This document shows positions 39,822-50,555 of a stretch of 64,000 bases of DNA, piece after piece. Position 1 is the first letter of the stretch; every line of letters starts with the position of its first letter. Location: the NCBI GenBank assembly GCA_041615815.1, contig JBFJCP010000003.1, positions 96,001 through 160,000 on the forward strand, given 5' to 3'. A program made the translations under genes and the position numbers. The DNA comes from Gemmatimonadales bacterium. Its GTDB lineage: Bacteria > Gemmatimonadota > Gemmatimonadetes > Gemmatimonadales > GWC2-71-9. Under the pieces are notes generated by a model. The model made no database searches and had not been told where the DNA came from. It was given only the letters and a program-made list of their open reading frames with translations.

Positions 39822-40853
39822 CTAGTTCGCGGCGCCCTTCTCCAACACCCGGGCAATGATCTCGGCTGCCCGAGCCACGTCCTCGGTCGTGACGTTGAGA
39901 TGCGTTACCGCCCGGAGGCGTTGGGAGCCGAACGGCACGACGAGCACCCCCGCGTCCGCAAGGCGTGGGACGACCGCCGCGGCCACCGTCGACCCCAAGA
40001 GATCCAGCATCACGATATTGGTCTCGGGGGGAACGGCACGCACCGCGGGATGCCCGTCCAAGCGCCCGGCGAACATTTTCGCCTTCGAGTGGTCCTCGGC
40101 CAGGCAGGGGAGGTGATGGTCGAGCGCGTACAGACCCGCCGCCGTCAGGATGCCCGACTGGCGCATTCCCCCGCCAAGCCGCCGACGGACCTCCCGAGCC
40201 TCCGCCACGAACCGGGCGTCACCGGCCACACAACTCCCCACGGGGCACCCGAGCCCTTTGGACAGCGACACCATGACTGAATCCGCACCCCGCGCTACCC
40301 GTGCCGGCTGGACCTCGAGCGCAACGGCAGCATTCCACAACCGGGCGCCATCCAGGTGTACGGGCACCGCCCACGCCCGGGCCTGCGCCACTAACCCGTC
40401 CCACACCTCCAAAGGCATCACCCGGCCACCGGCGGCATTGTGTGTGTTTTCGGCCGCGACCACACTCACCCGGGGCAGGTGGGGCGAGGACTGGCGCCAG
40501 GCGTCGCCAAGCAACGTGGCCGTCAGTATGCCGTTTGGGGTCGTGACCGTGCGAATTTGCACTCCCGCCAAGGCCGCCAGCGCCGCCTTTTCGAAATGCA
40601 CGAGGTGGGCATTTGCTTCCACCAGCACTTCCGTCCCCGGCTCGGAGTGGACCCACATGGCCGTCTGGTTGGCCTGGGTGCCCGAGGGAAAGAACAACGC
40701 AGCTTCCATCCCGACGAGATCCGCAATCCGCTCCTCGAGTCGGCGCGTCGTTGGGTCACCATCCAGCACATCGTCGCCCACGTCCGCCTCCGCGATCGCC
40801 TGCCGCATCCCGGCCGACGGTTGCGTGACGGTATCACTCCTGAGATCGATCAC
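39822..40853 (-). CDS. ltaE: Low-specificity L-threonine aldolase
   Basis: IDLRSDT.T, VGDDV, PSGT.AN, ENTHN, HLDGAR, SKGLG.P.G, GGGMRQ. Confidence 0.92.
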   Translation of the reverse strand: MIDLRSDTVTQPSAGMRQAIAEADVGDDVLDGDPTTRRLEERIADLVGMEAALFFPSGTQANQTAMWVHSEPGTEVLVEANAHLVHFEKAALAALAGVQIRTVTTPNGILTATLLGDAWRQSSPHLPRVSVVAAENTHNAAGGRVMPLEVWDGLVAQARAWAVPVHLDGARLWNAAVALEVQPARVARGADSVMVSLSKGLGCPVGSCVAGDARFVAEAREVRRRLGGGMRQSGILTAAGLYALDHHLPCLAEDHSKAKMFAGRLDGHPAVRAVPPETNIVMLDLLGSTVAAAVVPRLADAGVLVVPFGSQRLRAVTHLNVTTEDVARAAEIIARVLEKGAAN

Positions 40854-40891
40854 CGAAGCGCCCACGACACAGCTCCCCAGTCGGACCGTTC

Positions 40892-41752
40892 TTACGCGAG
40901 CACCGCGCGCTGATCGCGTTGCCGACGCATCAGATCGTACGTTTCCGCCACTTCCCCTCCCAGCAGAAACACGATCGCCGTGAAGTAGAGCCAGACCACG
41001 AACAGCAAGACGGCAATGGCGTTCGCATTGGAGATCAGACGATCCACCGTGGCAAAATTCCCCAGGTAGAAACCATAGAGCCCCTTGGCCAGCTCGAACC
41101 CGAGCGACGCCACCGCCGCGGCAACCACTGACGTATCCCAGGGGACCCGGCGTGAGGGCAACACACGGTACACGATAAAAAAGAGCACGACCCCAAGTCC
41201 GAACGTCGAGAGCTGTGTGACGAAGCGTCCGAACCACGGCGCATCTGCCGCCCGCAGTGTGAAGATCGTGTTGATGACGATCAGGGCAAGGGTGACCAAC
41301 ACGAGGGAGAAGTCGAGAGCCTTTCCCACGAAGTACGGCCGTGACTCTTCCGTATCGAAGACCTCGTTGAGCGCGTTACGGGCGCTGCTGAATAACCGGG
41401 TCGAGAACCAAATGAACAATGGGATACCTAGCAGGGAGAGCTCGTTTCGGCTCTCGGCGATCCCCGTAATGAGCTCCTCCGCGCGGCGGAAGGGATCGGA
41501 GCCGCCGGCAGACGTCGATGGAAGGAGCTCCCGGAGAATGCGCAGCACGTCGTCCACGGCTTCGCCGCTGGTTTGCGCCACGTAGCCAAGCGCACTCAGC
41601 ACCAACAGACCAAGTGGGAGGGCGGCGAGCAACGCATCGAAGGTGAGCGCGCTCGCCAGGAACAGGACATTGTCCTCGTACGCGCCGATGAGCACTCGGC
41701 GCAAGAAACCGACAGGGGAAAACGCCCAGCCTCGCCGGGCAGGGGTGGTCAA
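40892..41752 (-). CDS. YihY/BrkB family membrane protein
   Basis: ASALTF..LLA..P, ALNEVF, VWLY..AIVFLLGGE. Confidence 0.88.
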   Translation of the reverse strand: MTTPARRGWAFSPVGFLRRVLIGAYEDNVLFLASALTFDALLAALPLGLLVLSALGYVAQTSGEAVDDVLRILRELLPSTSAGGSDPFRRAEELITGIAESRNELSLLGIPLFIWFSTRLFSSARNALNEVFDTEESRPYFVGKALDFSLVLVTLALIVINTIFTLRAADAPWFGRFVTQLSTFGLGVVLFFIVYRVLPSRRVPWDTSVVAAAVASLGFELAKGLYGFYLGNFATVDRLISNANAIAVLLFVVWLYFTAIVFLLGGEVAETYDLMRRQRDQRAVLA

Positions 41753-41777
41753 GAGCTCATTGGTGAGACGTCAGTGA

Positions 41778-42200
41778 CTAGGCGTCGGCGTCGGCTGGTG
41801 AACTCGCCTTCCCTCGGGCGGAGCGCGCGTCCGCGAGGCGCCGCTCCAGTTCGTCGCGGGCCGAGGACACCGCGGCCTTGCCCGCCTCAACCGCATCCTT
41901 GGCTCCCGCCCGTTTCTCCTTGATGGTGCGCCGCGCCGTCTCGAACCCCTCCTCGACCCGGTCCTTGGCGCGCTCGTATCCCTCTTCCACACGTCCCTGC
42001 AGGGCGTCCGCCGTCGCCTCCGCCGCTTCGCGCAGCCGCTGCCCGCGCTCGCGCAACTGCTGGCGGGTCTCTTCACCACTCTGTGGAGCCAGAAGCAGGG
42101 CCAGCCCTCCTCCAATCAGAATGCCCAGCAGGAACGCTCCCACACCACCGCTCGACCGTTCGACCACGATCACCGGGGTATCTTCATGCACGCGCTTCAT
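41778..42200 (-). CDS. YtxH domain protein
   Basis: FLLG.LIGG.LALLLAPQSGEETR followed by a coiled coil. Confidence 0.88.
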   Translation of the reverse strand: MKRVHEDTPVIVVERSSGGVGAFLLGILIGGGLALLLAPQSGEETRQQLRERGQRLREAAEATADALQGRVEEGYERAKDRVEEGFETARRTIKEKRAGAKDAVEAGKAAVSSARDELERRLADARSARGKASSPADADA

Positions 42201-42277
42201 GGTTTCTCCTCGAATACGCTCGTCCTACCGCCCCAACACCCACGAGCCGTGGAATCTATCTCCCTTCAAATCACGCG

Positions 42278-43054
42278 TCAAAACGGTACGCACAGCCCGT
42301 CGTAGGCCGGTTCGGCCCCCTCCGGCAACCTGGCGGCGAGGTCCGCATGCGCGTGTCGATGGCTGAGGTGCGTCAGGATGGTACGCTCCACCTTCAGGCG
42401 GTTGGCCACCTCCAGTGCTTCGGGAATCGAGAGGTGGGTCGGGTGCGGGCGGTCGAACAGTGCGTTGATCACGAGTACCCGAACGCCGCGGAGGGCATCC
42501 AGGGCCGGTGGAGGCACGCTCTTCACGTCCGTGAGGTACCCCAAAGCACCGATACGGTAGCCGTAGACCCGCATGCCGCCGTGGTCCAGCTCCAGCGGCA
42601 GCACCGACACGTGGGCGATAGTCACCGCGCTGCCGGCCTCGAGCGGCACGGCGCGGAGGCGGGGTTTTGACGTGCCTTCCGGCGGCACCACGGCGTGGTC
42701 GAAGATGTAGTGGAATCGCCGATGTAACCGTTCGATGGTATCGGGCGGACCGTAGAGCGGAAGCTCGCCCTGACGCACTGACAGCGCCCGCAAGTCGTCG
42801 ATCCCGTGTACGTGGTCGGCGTGGTCGTGGGTGTACAGCACGGCGTCGACCCGCGCCACCCCGGCGGCCACGAGCTGCAGCCGAAGCTCGGGTGGCGTAT
42901 CGATGAGGAGTCGGGCCGCGTCGACTTCCACTAAGGCGGCTACGCGGGTGCGCCGATCCCGCGGATCGCTGGACGTGCAGACACGACACTCACACCCCAC
43001 CACCGGGACCCCAAAGGACGTCCCCGACCCCAAGATGACCAGCCGACCGCTCAC
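42278..43054 (-). CDS. MBL-fold metallo-hydrolase (PhnP/YycJ-like)
   Basis: LGSGTS.GVP..GC.C..C, IDTPPELR.Q, THDHADHVHG, YLTD, LTHLSH, AYDG. Confidence 0.92.
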   Translation of the reverse strand: MSGRLVILGSGTSFGVPVVGCECRVCTSSDPRDRRTRVAALVEVDAARLLIDTPPELRLQLVAAGVARVDAVLYTHDHADHVHGIDDLRALSVRQGELPLYGPPDTIERLHRRFHYIFDHAVVPPEGTSKPRLRAVPLEAGSAVTIAHVSVLPLELDHGGMRVYGYRIGALGYLTDVKSVPPPALDALRGVRVLVINALFDRPHPTHLSIPEALEVANRLKVERTILTHLSHRHAHADLAARLPEGAEPAYDGLCVPF

Positions 43055-44475
43055 ACGGTCTCCACTTTGAGGAGGTTGGTGGTACCGGGAACCTCGAAGG
43101 GCACGCCCGCAGTGACGACGATACGGTCGCCGCGGTGCACCAGATCGTGGGCGAGGAGGGCCTCGCGGGCACAATCCAACATGGCGTCGTAGCTCGGTGC
43201 CTGCGCCACCAAGATTGGCCTCACGCCCCAGACGAGGGAGAGAAACCGATACGTGGTGGGTTCGGTGGACATCCCGACAATGGGGATCGTGCCACGGTGG
43301 GCGGACACGCGCAGCGCCGTAAAGCCGCTTTTCGTGAAGCACACGATGACCGGCACGCGAAGCGCCTCCGCGGCAACACTCGTAGCGATGGCGATCGCCG
43401 ACGCCACGTCGGTTCGATCGCTCCCGACGGCGGCTCCTGCCCCGAGGGGTTCGGGCGAGTCGTATTCGGCGCGCTCGATCTCGCGAATGATGCGCGCCAT
43501 GGCTTCGACTGCCTGAATGGGGTAGGCCCCCACCGCGGTTTCGGCCGAGAGCATCACCGCATCGGTCCCGTCTAAAATGGCATTGGCCACGTCCGAAGCT
43601 TCCGCGCGGGTGGGCCGTGGCGCGCGAACCATGGATTCCAACATCTGCGTCGCGGTGATGACCGGGCGCGCATGGGTGACCGCAAAGCGAATCAGACGTT
43701 TTTGGGTCAGGGGGACTTCCTCGAACGGGAGTTCGACCCCCAGATCTCCCCGGGCAACCATCAGGGCATCGGCCTGATCGACGATCCCATCCAGGTCCTC
43801 GAGCGCGGCAGCCTTTTCGATCTTTGCCACGAGCCGGGTATCCGGCGATACGAGCCGACGAACTTCGCGGAGGTCCGAGGAGCGCCGGACGAACGAGATG
43901 CCGATCATATCGGCGCCGTGCGCCAACGCGACTTCGAGATCCTCTCGATCCTTTTCCGTGACGGCCGGCGCGCTCACGCGGATGTCTGGGAGATTCATCC
44001 CCTTGTTGCTCTTGAGGACCCCGCCGTAGCGCACGACGGCGTGCACACGATTGCCTTGGATCCGCGTCACCTCAGTCGCGAGCAGTCCATCATCCAAGAG
44101 AATCCGCGCGCCTGGGCGGGCGTCACCCGCCAGGTCGGCGTAGGTCGTGGGGATCGCCCCGCCGTCCGCCTCATCCTCCGGTGCGAAGACGATCTGTTGA
44201 TCCGGCTCGAGCGTCAGCGGTTCGGGCAACGAGCCAACCCGTATCCGCGGCCCCTGGAGATCCACCAGCAGCCCGATGGGGCGTTCCCGTTCGCTCCGCA
44301 ACCGCCCCACGAGTTGCATGAGCCGGACACGGTCCGCTTGCTCGCCGTGTGAGCTGTTGATACGCACCACGTTGGCGCCGGCGTCGATCATCCCGCGCAC
44401 CACGGCCTCGTCCGTGGAGGCCGGACCGAGCGTTGTCACGATCTTGGTGCGGCGAAACCGGGAATCGTAGGTCAT
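43051..44475 (-). CDS. pyk: Pyruvate kinase
   Basis: RRTKIVTTLGP, DLQGP.IR, AKIE, MVARGDLGVE, ATQMLESM, DAVMLSAETA. Confidence 0.97.
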   Translation of the reverse strand: MTYDSRFRRTKIVTTLGPASTDEAVVRGMIDAGANVVRINSSHGEQADRVRLMQLVGRLRSERERPIGLLVDLQGPRIRVGSLPEPLTLEPDQQIVFAPEDEADGGAIPTTYADLAGDARPGARILLDDGLLATEVTRIQGNRVHAVVRYGGVLKSNKGMNLPDIRVSAPAVTEKDREDLEVALAHGADMIGISFVRRSSDLREVRRLVSPDTRLVAKIEKAAALEDLDGIVDQADALMVARGDLGVELPFEEVPLTQKRLIRFAVTHARPVITATQMLESMVRAPRPTRAEASDVANAILDGTDAVMLSAETAVGAYPIQAVEAMARIIREIERAEYDSPEPLGAGAAVGSDRTDVASAIAIATSVAAEALRVPVIVCFTKSGFTALRVSAHRGTIPIVGMSTEPTTYRFLSLVWGVRPILVAQAPSYDAMLDCAREALLAHDLVHRGDRIVVTAGVPFEVPGTTNLLKVETV

Positions 44476-45239
44476 GAGGCGCGCATCAGGCCATCGCTCA
44501 ACGCGGTGAGCGCTTCGCCCGCGGATTGTTGCCACGACACCGTGGCTCGCGAGCTGAGTGGGGTGCGCTGCGGATTGATCTCGATGACCGGCAGGCCCCG
44601 ATCGAGCGCCGTTGCGGGCAGCGCGGCGGCCGGGTAGACCACGGCCGACGTCCCGACCACGAGCATGGCATCCGCCTCCTCAACGGCGTCCCACGCTTCT
44701 TTCATCGCCTGTGGAGGGAGCGACTCGCCAAACCATACCACGCCGGGGCGGACCGGACTCGTGCAGATCGCACACACCGGTGGATCCACATCGCGCTCGG
44801 GTTCGCTGGGGAGGGCATCGAGCTGCTCGGCATCGTACGGGTGTCCTCCGTCCAGGCAGCGAAATCGCGCCAACGACCCGTGAAGCTCCACCACATCCGT
44901 GTTGCCCGCGCGTGCGTGGAGCCCGTCCACGTTTTGCGTCACCACGACGAGACGCTCGAACGCTTCCTCGAGGCGCACCAGCGCCCCGTACCCCGCGTGG
45001 GGAACCGCACGTTGGGTCAGCCGTAAGCGCCACAGATACCAGCCAAACACGCGGGCGGGATGGCGTCGGAACGCTGCCTCCGTGGCGAGCTCCGTCGGAT
45101 CGAACTGGGACCAGAGCCCGGTCTGGGCCTCGCGGAACGTGGGAACGCCCGACTCCCGAGACATACCGGCACCCGTGACCACCACCACGCGCCGCGCACG
45201 CGCAAGCGCCGTGAGCGCTTCCTCGAGAGTGCTGCTCAC
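44472..45239 (-). CDS. cobB: NAD-dependent protein deacylase (sirtuin, class III-like)
   Basis: TGAGMS.ESGVPTFR, WYLWR, TQNVDGLH, ELHG, RPGVVWFGE, GTS..VYPAA. Confidence 0.93.
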   Translation of the reverse strand: MSSTLEEALTALARARRVVVVTGAGMSRESGVPTFREAQTGLWSQFDPTELATEAAFRRHPARVFGWYLWRLRLTQRAVPHAGYGALVRLEEAFERLVVVTQNVDGLHARAGNTDVVELHGSLARFRCLDGGHPYDAEQLDALPSEPERDVDPPVCAICTSPVRPGVVWFGESLPPQAMKEAWDAVEEADAMLVVGTSAVVYPAAALPATALDRGLPVIEINPQRTPLSSRATVSWQQSAGEALTALSDGLMRAS

Positions 45240-45303
45240 ACCGCTGAGGGGAGTCCCGGCCGTACGCGAGTCGCCCCGTTTCGGGGCCCAGCCCCACAGA
45301 GCA

Positions 45304-46548
45304 TCAAGTGCTGGGTGACAGGACGCCGTCGGCGACCGGTGGGTAGGTACGAGCCACGTAGGCATTCATGATCTCGATGAACTCTTCCACGATCCGCTCG
45401 CCCTTGAGAGTCACAGTCAGCTGTCCATCGACATACACGGGAGCCTTCGGCTCTTCGAAGGTGCCAGGTAGCGAGATCCCGATGTTGGCATGCTTCGACT
45501 CGCCCGGACCGTTCACCACGCACCCCATCACCGCCACCCGCATGGTCTCGACCCCTGGATGACGTTCGCGCCACAGTGGCATTTGCTCCCGGAGGTGCTC
45601 TTGAATTTGCTCCGCCATTTCCTGAAAGAAGGTGCTCGTGGTACGACCACACCCCGGGCAGGCCGTCACCTGCGGCATGAAGCTCCGGAGCCCCAGCGCC
45701 TGGAGGATTTGCTGGCTGACCGTGACTTCCTCTGTTCGATCGCCACCGGGACGCGGAGTGAGCGAGACCCGAATCGTATCGCCCACTCCCTCCTGCAACA
45801 GGATGGCCAATCCGGCCGTGCTAGCCACGATCCCTTTTGAACCCATTCCCGCTTCGGTGAGCCCCAGATGCAACGGGTAATCCGAGAGTGGAGCGAGCTT
45901 GCGATACACGTCCACGAGATCTTGGACCTGCGACATCTTGGCCGAGAGAATGATCCGATCGTGCGCCAGCCCCACTTCCTCGGCCAACGCGGCCGACCGC
46001 ATGGCGCTCTCCACCATGGCCTCGAGCGTCACCTCTCGGGCGTCCAGGGCTTCGGGCCGTCGGGCATTCTCGTCCATCAGCTCCGTCAAGAGACGCCGAT
46101 CGAGCGAGCCCCAATTCACGCCGATCCGGACGGGTTTGTCGTGATCCATCGCGACCCGAATGATCGTCGTGAAATTCTCGTCGCGACGTTTCGCCCCGAC
46201 GTTCCCGGGATTGATCCGGTATTTCGCCAGGGCAGTGGCGCACGCCGGGTGTCTCGTGAGAAGCTGATGACCGTTGTAATGGAAATCCCCGATGATGGGC
46301 ACCGTCACGCCACGATCGGTGAGGCGTTGCGCGATCTCGGGAACCGCCGCGGCCGCCGCATCGTTGTTCACCGTCACTCGCACCAACTCGCTCCCGGCGA
46401 TCGCGAGATCGGCCACCTGCTCCACCGTCGACGCCACGTCGGCGGTGTCGGTGTTGGTCATCGACTGGACGACGACCGGATGACAGGACCCGACCGGAAC
46501 ACTGCCAACCCACGCGGTCACGGCCTCACGACGCTGTGACGTGCTCAT
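45304..46548 (-). CDS. ispG: HMBPP synthase (MEP pathway)
   Basis: [53 protein letters not shown]. Confidence 0.97.
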   Translation of the reverse strand: MSTSQRREAVTAWVGSVPVGSCHPVVVQSMTNTDTADVASTVEQVADLAIAGSELVRVTVNNDAAAAAVPEIAQRLTDRGVTVPIIGDFHYNGHQLLTRHPACATALAKYRINPGNVGAKRRDENFTTIIRVAMDHDKPVRIGVNWGSLDRRLLTELMDENARRPEALDAREVTLEAMVESAMRSAALAEEVGLAHDRIILSAKMSQVQDLVDVYRKLAPLSDYPLHLGLTEAGMGSKGIVASTAGLAILLQEGVGDTIRVSLTPRPGGDRTEEVTVSQQILQALGLRSFMPQVTACPGCGRTTSTFFQEMAEQIQEHLREQMPLWRERHPGVETMRVAVMGCVVNGPGESKHANIGISLPGTFEEPKAPVYVDGQLTVTLKGERIVEEFIEIMNAYVARTYPPVADGVLSPST

Positions 46549-46596
46549 GGCCAGAAATATAGCTCGATCGTCGAACCCGCTGCCCGGAACGGCGGG

Positions 46597-47883
46597 TCAG
46601 GGCGCGGTGTCGGAGCCGTCGATGCGATTACCGGCCACCCAGACCGACGCGATACTTCGGGTGTTGGCGATGGCCACGAGTGGGTTGTCTCGGAGCACGA
46701 CGAAGTCCGCCCATTTTCCCGCACGCAGCGTTCCCACGTCGCGCAGCCCGAGACACCGGGCGGCCGCGCCCGTCGCCGCAATCAGGACTTCCATGGAGGA
46801 GAGCCCCGCATCGCGCATCAAGCTCATTTCCAGATGCTCGAAGTAGCCCTGGAAACGCCCTAGCGGCCCCGTATCGGTCCCGAGCGCCACCGTCCCTCCC
46901 CAGTCCACCACCCGTCGGACATTGGCGCTGGCGATCCGAAGGCTCGCCTTGTACGCCTGGGCTGCGGGACTCGCGCGCACTTGGCGCTGCCGGTCCGGAT
47001 CGCGCAGTTGGCGGACGACGCTCATGTCCGCCGCCCGCAAGAAGAACGGGTCGGTAAAGAAATCGGGCTCGGCTTCGTACACGAACGTGGACATTTCACG
47101 GGTCAGTGTGGGAACGTAGCACACGCCTTTCTGCTGAAGGAGGGCGGCGAACTCTCCGTCCACTGCCCGATCGCGTACGCTGTGCGCCACGAGATCGACC
47201 CCCGCGAGGAGCAACGCCTTGGCATCGGCCAGATAGTAGACGTGCGCCGCCACGGGAAGCCCGTGATCGTGCGCTCGATCGATGACCGCCTGGTACACGG
47301 CCGGAGACATCTTCGAAACGGTTCCCAAATTGTCGTCGACACGGATCTTGATGAAATCCGCGCCGCGCGCCGCGTTGGCATCCACCATGCGAATCGCAGC
47401 CGCCGTTTCACCCGTGACCACAGCCCCCGCCACCAAGAGACGTGCGCGATCGAGCCCCGCACTGCTCTGCGCATCACGCAACGCGAATGCCTCCGGTGAA
47501 TCACCTCCGAGACTGTTGACGGTCGTCACGCCGTAGCGTGCGTACGTGCGCAGCTCGCCCAGGAGACGCGCCCTCAGCGCACCGCCCGAGTCGGATCCCG
47601 CGGTGGCCCCCAGATGGCCGTGAGCATTGATGAACCCCGGTACGATCGTATGCCCGGTGACGTCGATCCGCTCGGCGCCCTCGGCGATCGAGACGGACGG
47701 GGCGCTCCCCACTGCGACCACGCGGCCATCCCGGACCACGAGCACGGCGTGATCGATGGGGGCGGTGCCGGTGCCATCGATGAGCGTGGCCCCGACAAAC
47801 GCCCTCGTGGGGCCGGTGCCGTCACCGGCACACGCCACGAGCAGGACAGTAAGGGAGATGACGGTGGCCGCGCGAGTCGTCAT
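46597..47883 (-). CDS. Amidohydrolase family lipoprotein
   Basis: LLVAC lipobox; PGFINAHGH, DFIK, AAH, LGTD, G.L.AGK.ADFVVL..NPL. Confidence 0.88.
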   Translation of the reverse strand: MTTRAATVISLTVLLVACAGDGTGPTRAFVGATLIDGTGTAPIDHAVLVVRDGRVVAVGSAPSVSIAEGAERIDVTGHTIVPGFINAHGHLGATAGSDSGGALRARLLGELRTYARYGVTTVNSLGGDSPEAFALRDAQSSAGLDRARLLVAGAVVTGETAAAIRMVDANAARGADFIKIRVDDNLGTVSKMSPAVYQAVIDRAHDHGLPVAAHVYYLADAKALLLAGVDLVAHSVRDRAVDGEFAALLQQKGVCYVPTLTREMSTFVYEAEPDFFTDPFFLRAADMSVVRQLRDPDRQRQVRASPAAQAYKASLRIASANVRRVVDWGGTVALGTDTGPLGRFQGYFEHLEMSLMRDAGLSSMEVLIAATGAAARCLGLRDVGTLRAGKWADFVVLRDNPLVAIANTRSIASVWVAGNRIDGSDTAP

Positions 47884-47932
47884 GGTTGGTCCGGTCGGCA
47901 TCTGGCTAGGGCTAGAGAATATGACATGAATG

Positions 47933-47977
47933 GAAGGGGCAGAAGGGGCAGAAGGAGCTGGAGCGGCAGACGGGCTA
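47933..47977 (+). repeat. Degenerate 9-bp tandem repeat (GAAGGGGCA-like, about 5 units)
   Basis: GAAGGGGCA GAAGGGGCA GAAGGAGCT GGAGCGGCA GACGGGCTA. Confidence 0.6.
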
Positions 47978-47992
47978 GGAATACCGGGGATC

Positions 47993-48023
47993 GTGAAACG
48001 GGGCGCCTCGGCGCCCCGTTCAC
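47993..48023 (-). terminator. GC-rich hairpin downstream of nrdJ, possible terminator
   Basis: AACGGGGCGCC / GGCGCCCCGTT stem; only a short U-tract. Confidence 0.55.
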
Positions 48024-48068
48024 TCTTCCCGTCTTTCCGCCCCAACTGCCCCAGTGCCTCGTGGCCTG

Positions 48069-50555
48069 CTACCCACACTCGCTGTAGCCACAGACATGGC
48101 ACTTCACGCAGCCTTCGGCGAACTCGAGCTGGGATCCGCAGTCCGGGCACGCGCCGATGAATTGTGCTTCGGCGTCGCGCTGGTGAAGCTCGAAAAGCGT
48201 CCCGGCGTCCCCCTCGGCGGGATGACGGGTCACGGGCGCCGTCTCATCGACCGGCGTCTCGCCCAGCAGATCCTGCTGGATGCCATGCTTTTCCTGCATC
48301 CACCGTTCGATGGCGATCCCGATCGCGTCCGGGACCGACAGAACCTTGTTGGGTCCTAAACCGGTCACGCGATCCGAGGAGATACCTCGGAGCTGTCGAT
48401 GGACTTCGGGAAGGGGGACACCCGTCCGGAGCGCCAGGGAGATGAGGCGCCCGATGGCCTCGACGTCGGCCATCAGTGCCCCGCCGGCCTTGCCGAGGCT
48501 GATGAACATCTCGAAGGGTTGGCCCTTCTCGTCTTCCGTGATGGTCACATACATCGTGCCCAGCGGGGTCTCGATGCGTCGCGTCGCGCCCCGCAGCAAT
48601 TCGGGCCGGGAGCGTTTCGCCCGACGTTGGAGATGCTCGGCTTCGACTTCGTGCAGCTGCTTCCGGGTCCGTTTGAGCTCCGCCTCCAGCTCGGCGATGG
48701 TGGCCTTCAACTCGGCCATGGCCGTATCGCGCTCCGCGACGCCGTCCGCAGTGTCGGCCTTCACCTGCTTGGCCGTCTTCCCGGTCGACAAGACCTGCAT
48801 GTCGCGGCTGCCGTCCCGATAGACCGTGACGCCCTTGCACCCCAGCTCGAACGCCAGTTCGTAAATCTGGCGGACATCCTCTTCAGTCGCCGCTTGCGGG
48901 AAGTTGCACGTTTTGCTGATCGCGCTGTCCGTGGCGCCCTGGAAGGCTGCCTGCGTCCGGATGTGCCACTCCGGGGTCACATCGTGAGCCGTTACGAACA
49001 CCTCTTGCCACCGCTCCGGCACTTCGTCGAAGTGGATATGGCCGTGCTCGGCAATCCGACGGATCAAATCTTCGGAGTACCATCCCTCGCGACGGGCGAT
49101 CGCCACGAACTCCTCGTTCACGTCGGGCATCAACACGCCCGCCTGGTTGCGCATGAACGCTACCGCGAACAACGGCTCGATGCCGGAGGAGCATCCCGCA
49201 ATGATCGAGATCGTACCCGTGGGGGCCACGGTGGTCAGGTTACAGTTCCGGAGCCGCCGGAGGGGGCGGATGCGGTTCCCGTCCGCGTCTCGGGCGCACG
49301 TCTCGTCCGGGCCCCAAATACTCTGGTGCCACTCTGCAAAGACCCCGCGCTCTTGGGCCAACCGCTCGCTCTCGACTTTGGCTTCCTCGTCCACAAAGGC
49401 CATGAGCTGGCGACCCAACGCGATAGCTCTGTCCGAGTCATACGGAATGCGCAACCGAATGAGGAGATCTGCCCATCCCATGATGCCGAGTCCAATACGG
49501 CGAATGCGCTGTGCGAGATCGGTGATCTCCGGAAGCGGATAGCGGTTCGCGTCGATGACGTTGTCGAGAAAATGCGTGCACAGGTGGACCGCGCGCCGCA
49601 ACCGATCCCAATCGACCTCTTCATCCCGCACGAACAACCCGACGTTGATCGAGCCCAGATTGCACACGTCGTATGGAAGGAGTGGCTGCTCACCGCACGG
49701 ATTCGTGGCCTCGTAACTGCCCAGATGCGGTACCGGGTTGTAGTGATTCGCCTGATCGATGAAGAACACCCCGGGCTCGCCGGTCTTCCATGCTCCGTGC
49801 ACGATCTTGGCAAACACATCCCGTGCCCCGAGTTGCCCCACCACGGCACCCGAGCGTGGGTGAACCAAATCGTACGGCCGATCCGCCGCCACCGCTCTCA
49901 TGAAGGCATCGGTGACAGCCACCGAGATGTTGAAGTTGGTGATCTTGGTGATGTCGTCCTTGCACGTGATGAACTCGAGGATGTCCGGGTGATCCACCCG
50001 TAGAATCCCCATGTTGGCGCCCCGTCGCGTCCCGCCCTGCTTCACCACTTCGGTAGAGGCATCATAGAGGGACATGAAGGACACCGGCCCGGATGCCACT
50101 CCCATGGTAGAGCGCACCACGTCGTTTTGCGGCCGTAAACGGGCAAACGAAAACCCGGTACCACCCCCCGACTGGTGGACCAGGGCCATGTTGCGCAACG
50201 TGTCGTAGATACCGCTCTTGCCATTGGACAGTGCGTCCTCGACAGGCAGGACGAAGCAGGCGGAGAGTTGACCCAAGGGCCGGCCGGCGTTCATCAGCGT
50301 TGGGCTGTTGGGCATCCAGACGCGCGTGGCCATGAGATCGAAAAACGTCTCGGCCAGCGCCTCGACCCCCCCGGGGCTTGCGCCATAGCGCGCGTCGGGC
50401 GCGGCGATCGTGCGGGCTACCCGCCAAAAAAGGTCCTCCGGCTCTTCGGCCGCGGTTCCCTGATCGTCTTTGACCAGGTACCGGCGCTGCAGAACCGTCA
50501 AGGCGTTCTCGTTCAGATCCAGCGGTGTGTGGCGGGAGTCACCCATCATGCCCAT
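48069..50555 (-). CDS. nrdJ: Class II (B12-dependent) ribonucleotide reductase with C-terminal TSCPD/zinc-ribbon region
   Basis: PNSPTLMNAG, SACFV, GGGTG, NPCGEQ, CNLGSIN, APTGT, GIEP, YRDGSR; terminal CPDC..EGC..C..CGYS.C. Confidence 0.95.
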   Translation of the reverse strand: MGMMGDSRHTPLDLNENALTVLQRRYLVKDDQGTAAEEPEDLFWRVARTIAAPDARYGASPGGVEALAETFFDLMATRVWMPNSPTLMNAGRPLGQLSACFVLPVEDALSNGKSGIYDTLRNMALVHQSGGGTGFSFARLRPQNDVVRSTMGVASGPVSFMSLYDASTEVVKQGGTRRGANMGILRVDHPDILEFITCKDDITKITNFNISVAVTDAFMRAVAADRPYDLVHPRSGAVVGQLGARDVFAKIVHGAWKTGEPGVFFIDQANHYNPVPHLGSYEATNPCGEQPLLPYDVCNLGSINVGLFVRDEEVDWDRLRRAVHLCTHFLDNVIDANRYPLPEITDLAQRIRRIGLGIMGWADLLIRLRIPYDSDRAIALGRQLMAFVDEEAKVESERLAQERGVFAEWHQSIWGPDETCARDADGNRIRPLRRLRNCNLTTVAPTGTISIIAGCSSGIEPLFAVAFMRNQAGVLMPDVNEEFVAIARREGWYSEDLIRRIAEHGHIHFDEVPERWQEVFVTAHDVTPEWHIRTQAAFQGATDSAISKTCNFPQAATEEDVRQIYELAFELGCKGVTVYRDGSRDMQVLSTGKTAKQVKADTADGVAERDTAMAELKATIAELEAELKRTRKQLHEVEAEHLQRRAKRSRPELLRGATRRIETPLGTMYVTITEDEKGQPFEMFISLGKAGGALMADVEAIGRLISLALRTGVPLPEVHRQLRGISSDRVTGLGPNKVLSVPDAIGIAIERWMQEKHGIQQDLLGETPVDETAPVTRHPAEGDAGTLFELHQRDAEAQFIGACPDCGSQLEFAEGCVKCHVCGYSECG

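Noticed and set aside
47933..47977. CRISPR-like array
   Set aside because: 9-bp degenerate units with no spacers and no cas genes
48399..50003. Long antisense ORFs (also 35184-36707, 56482-58290, 26546-27757)
   Set aside because: Shadow frames opposite well-supported genes, expected from high-GC codon bias; no recognisable motifs
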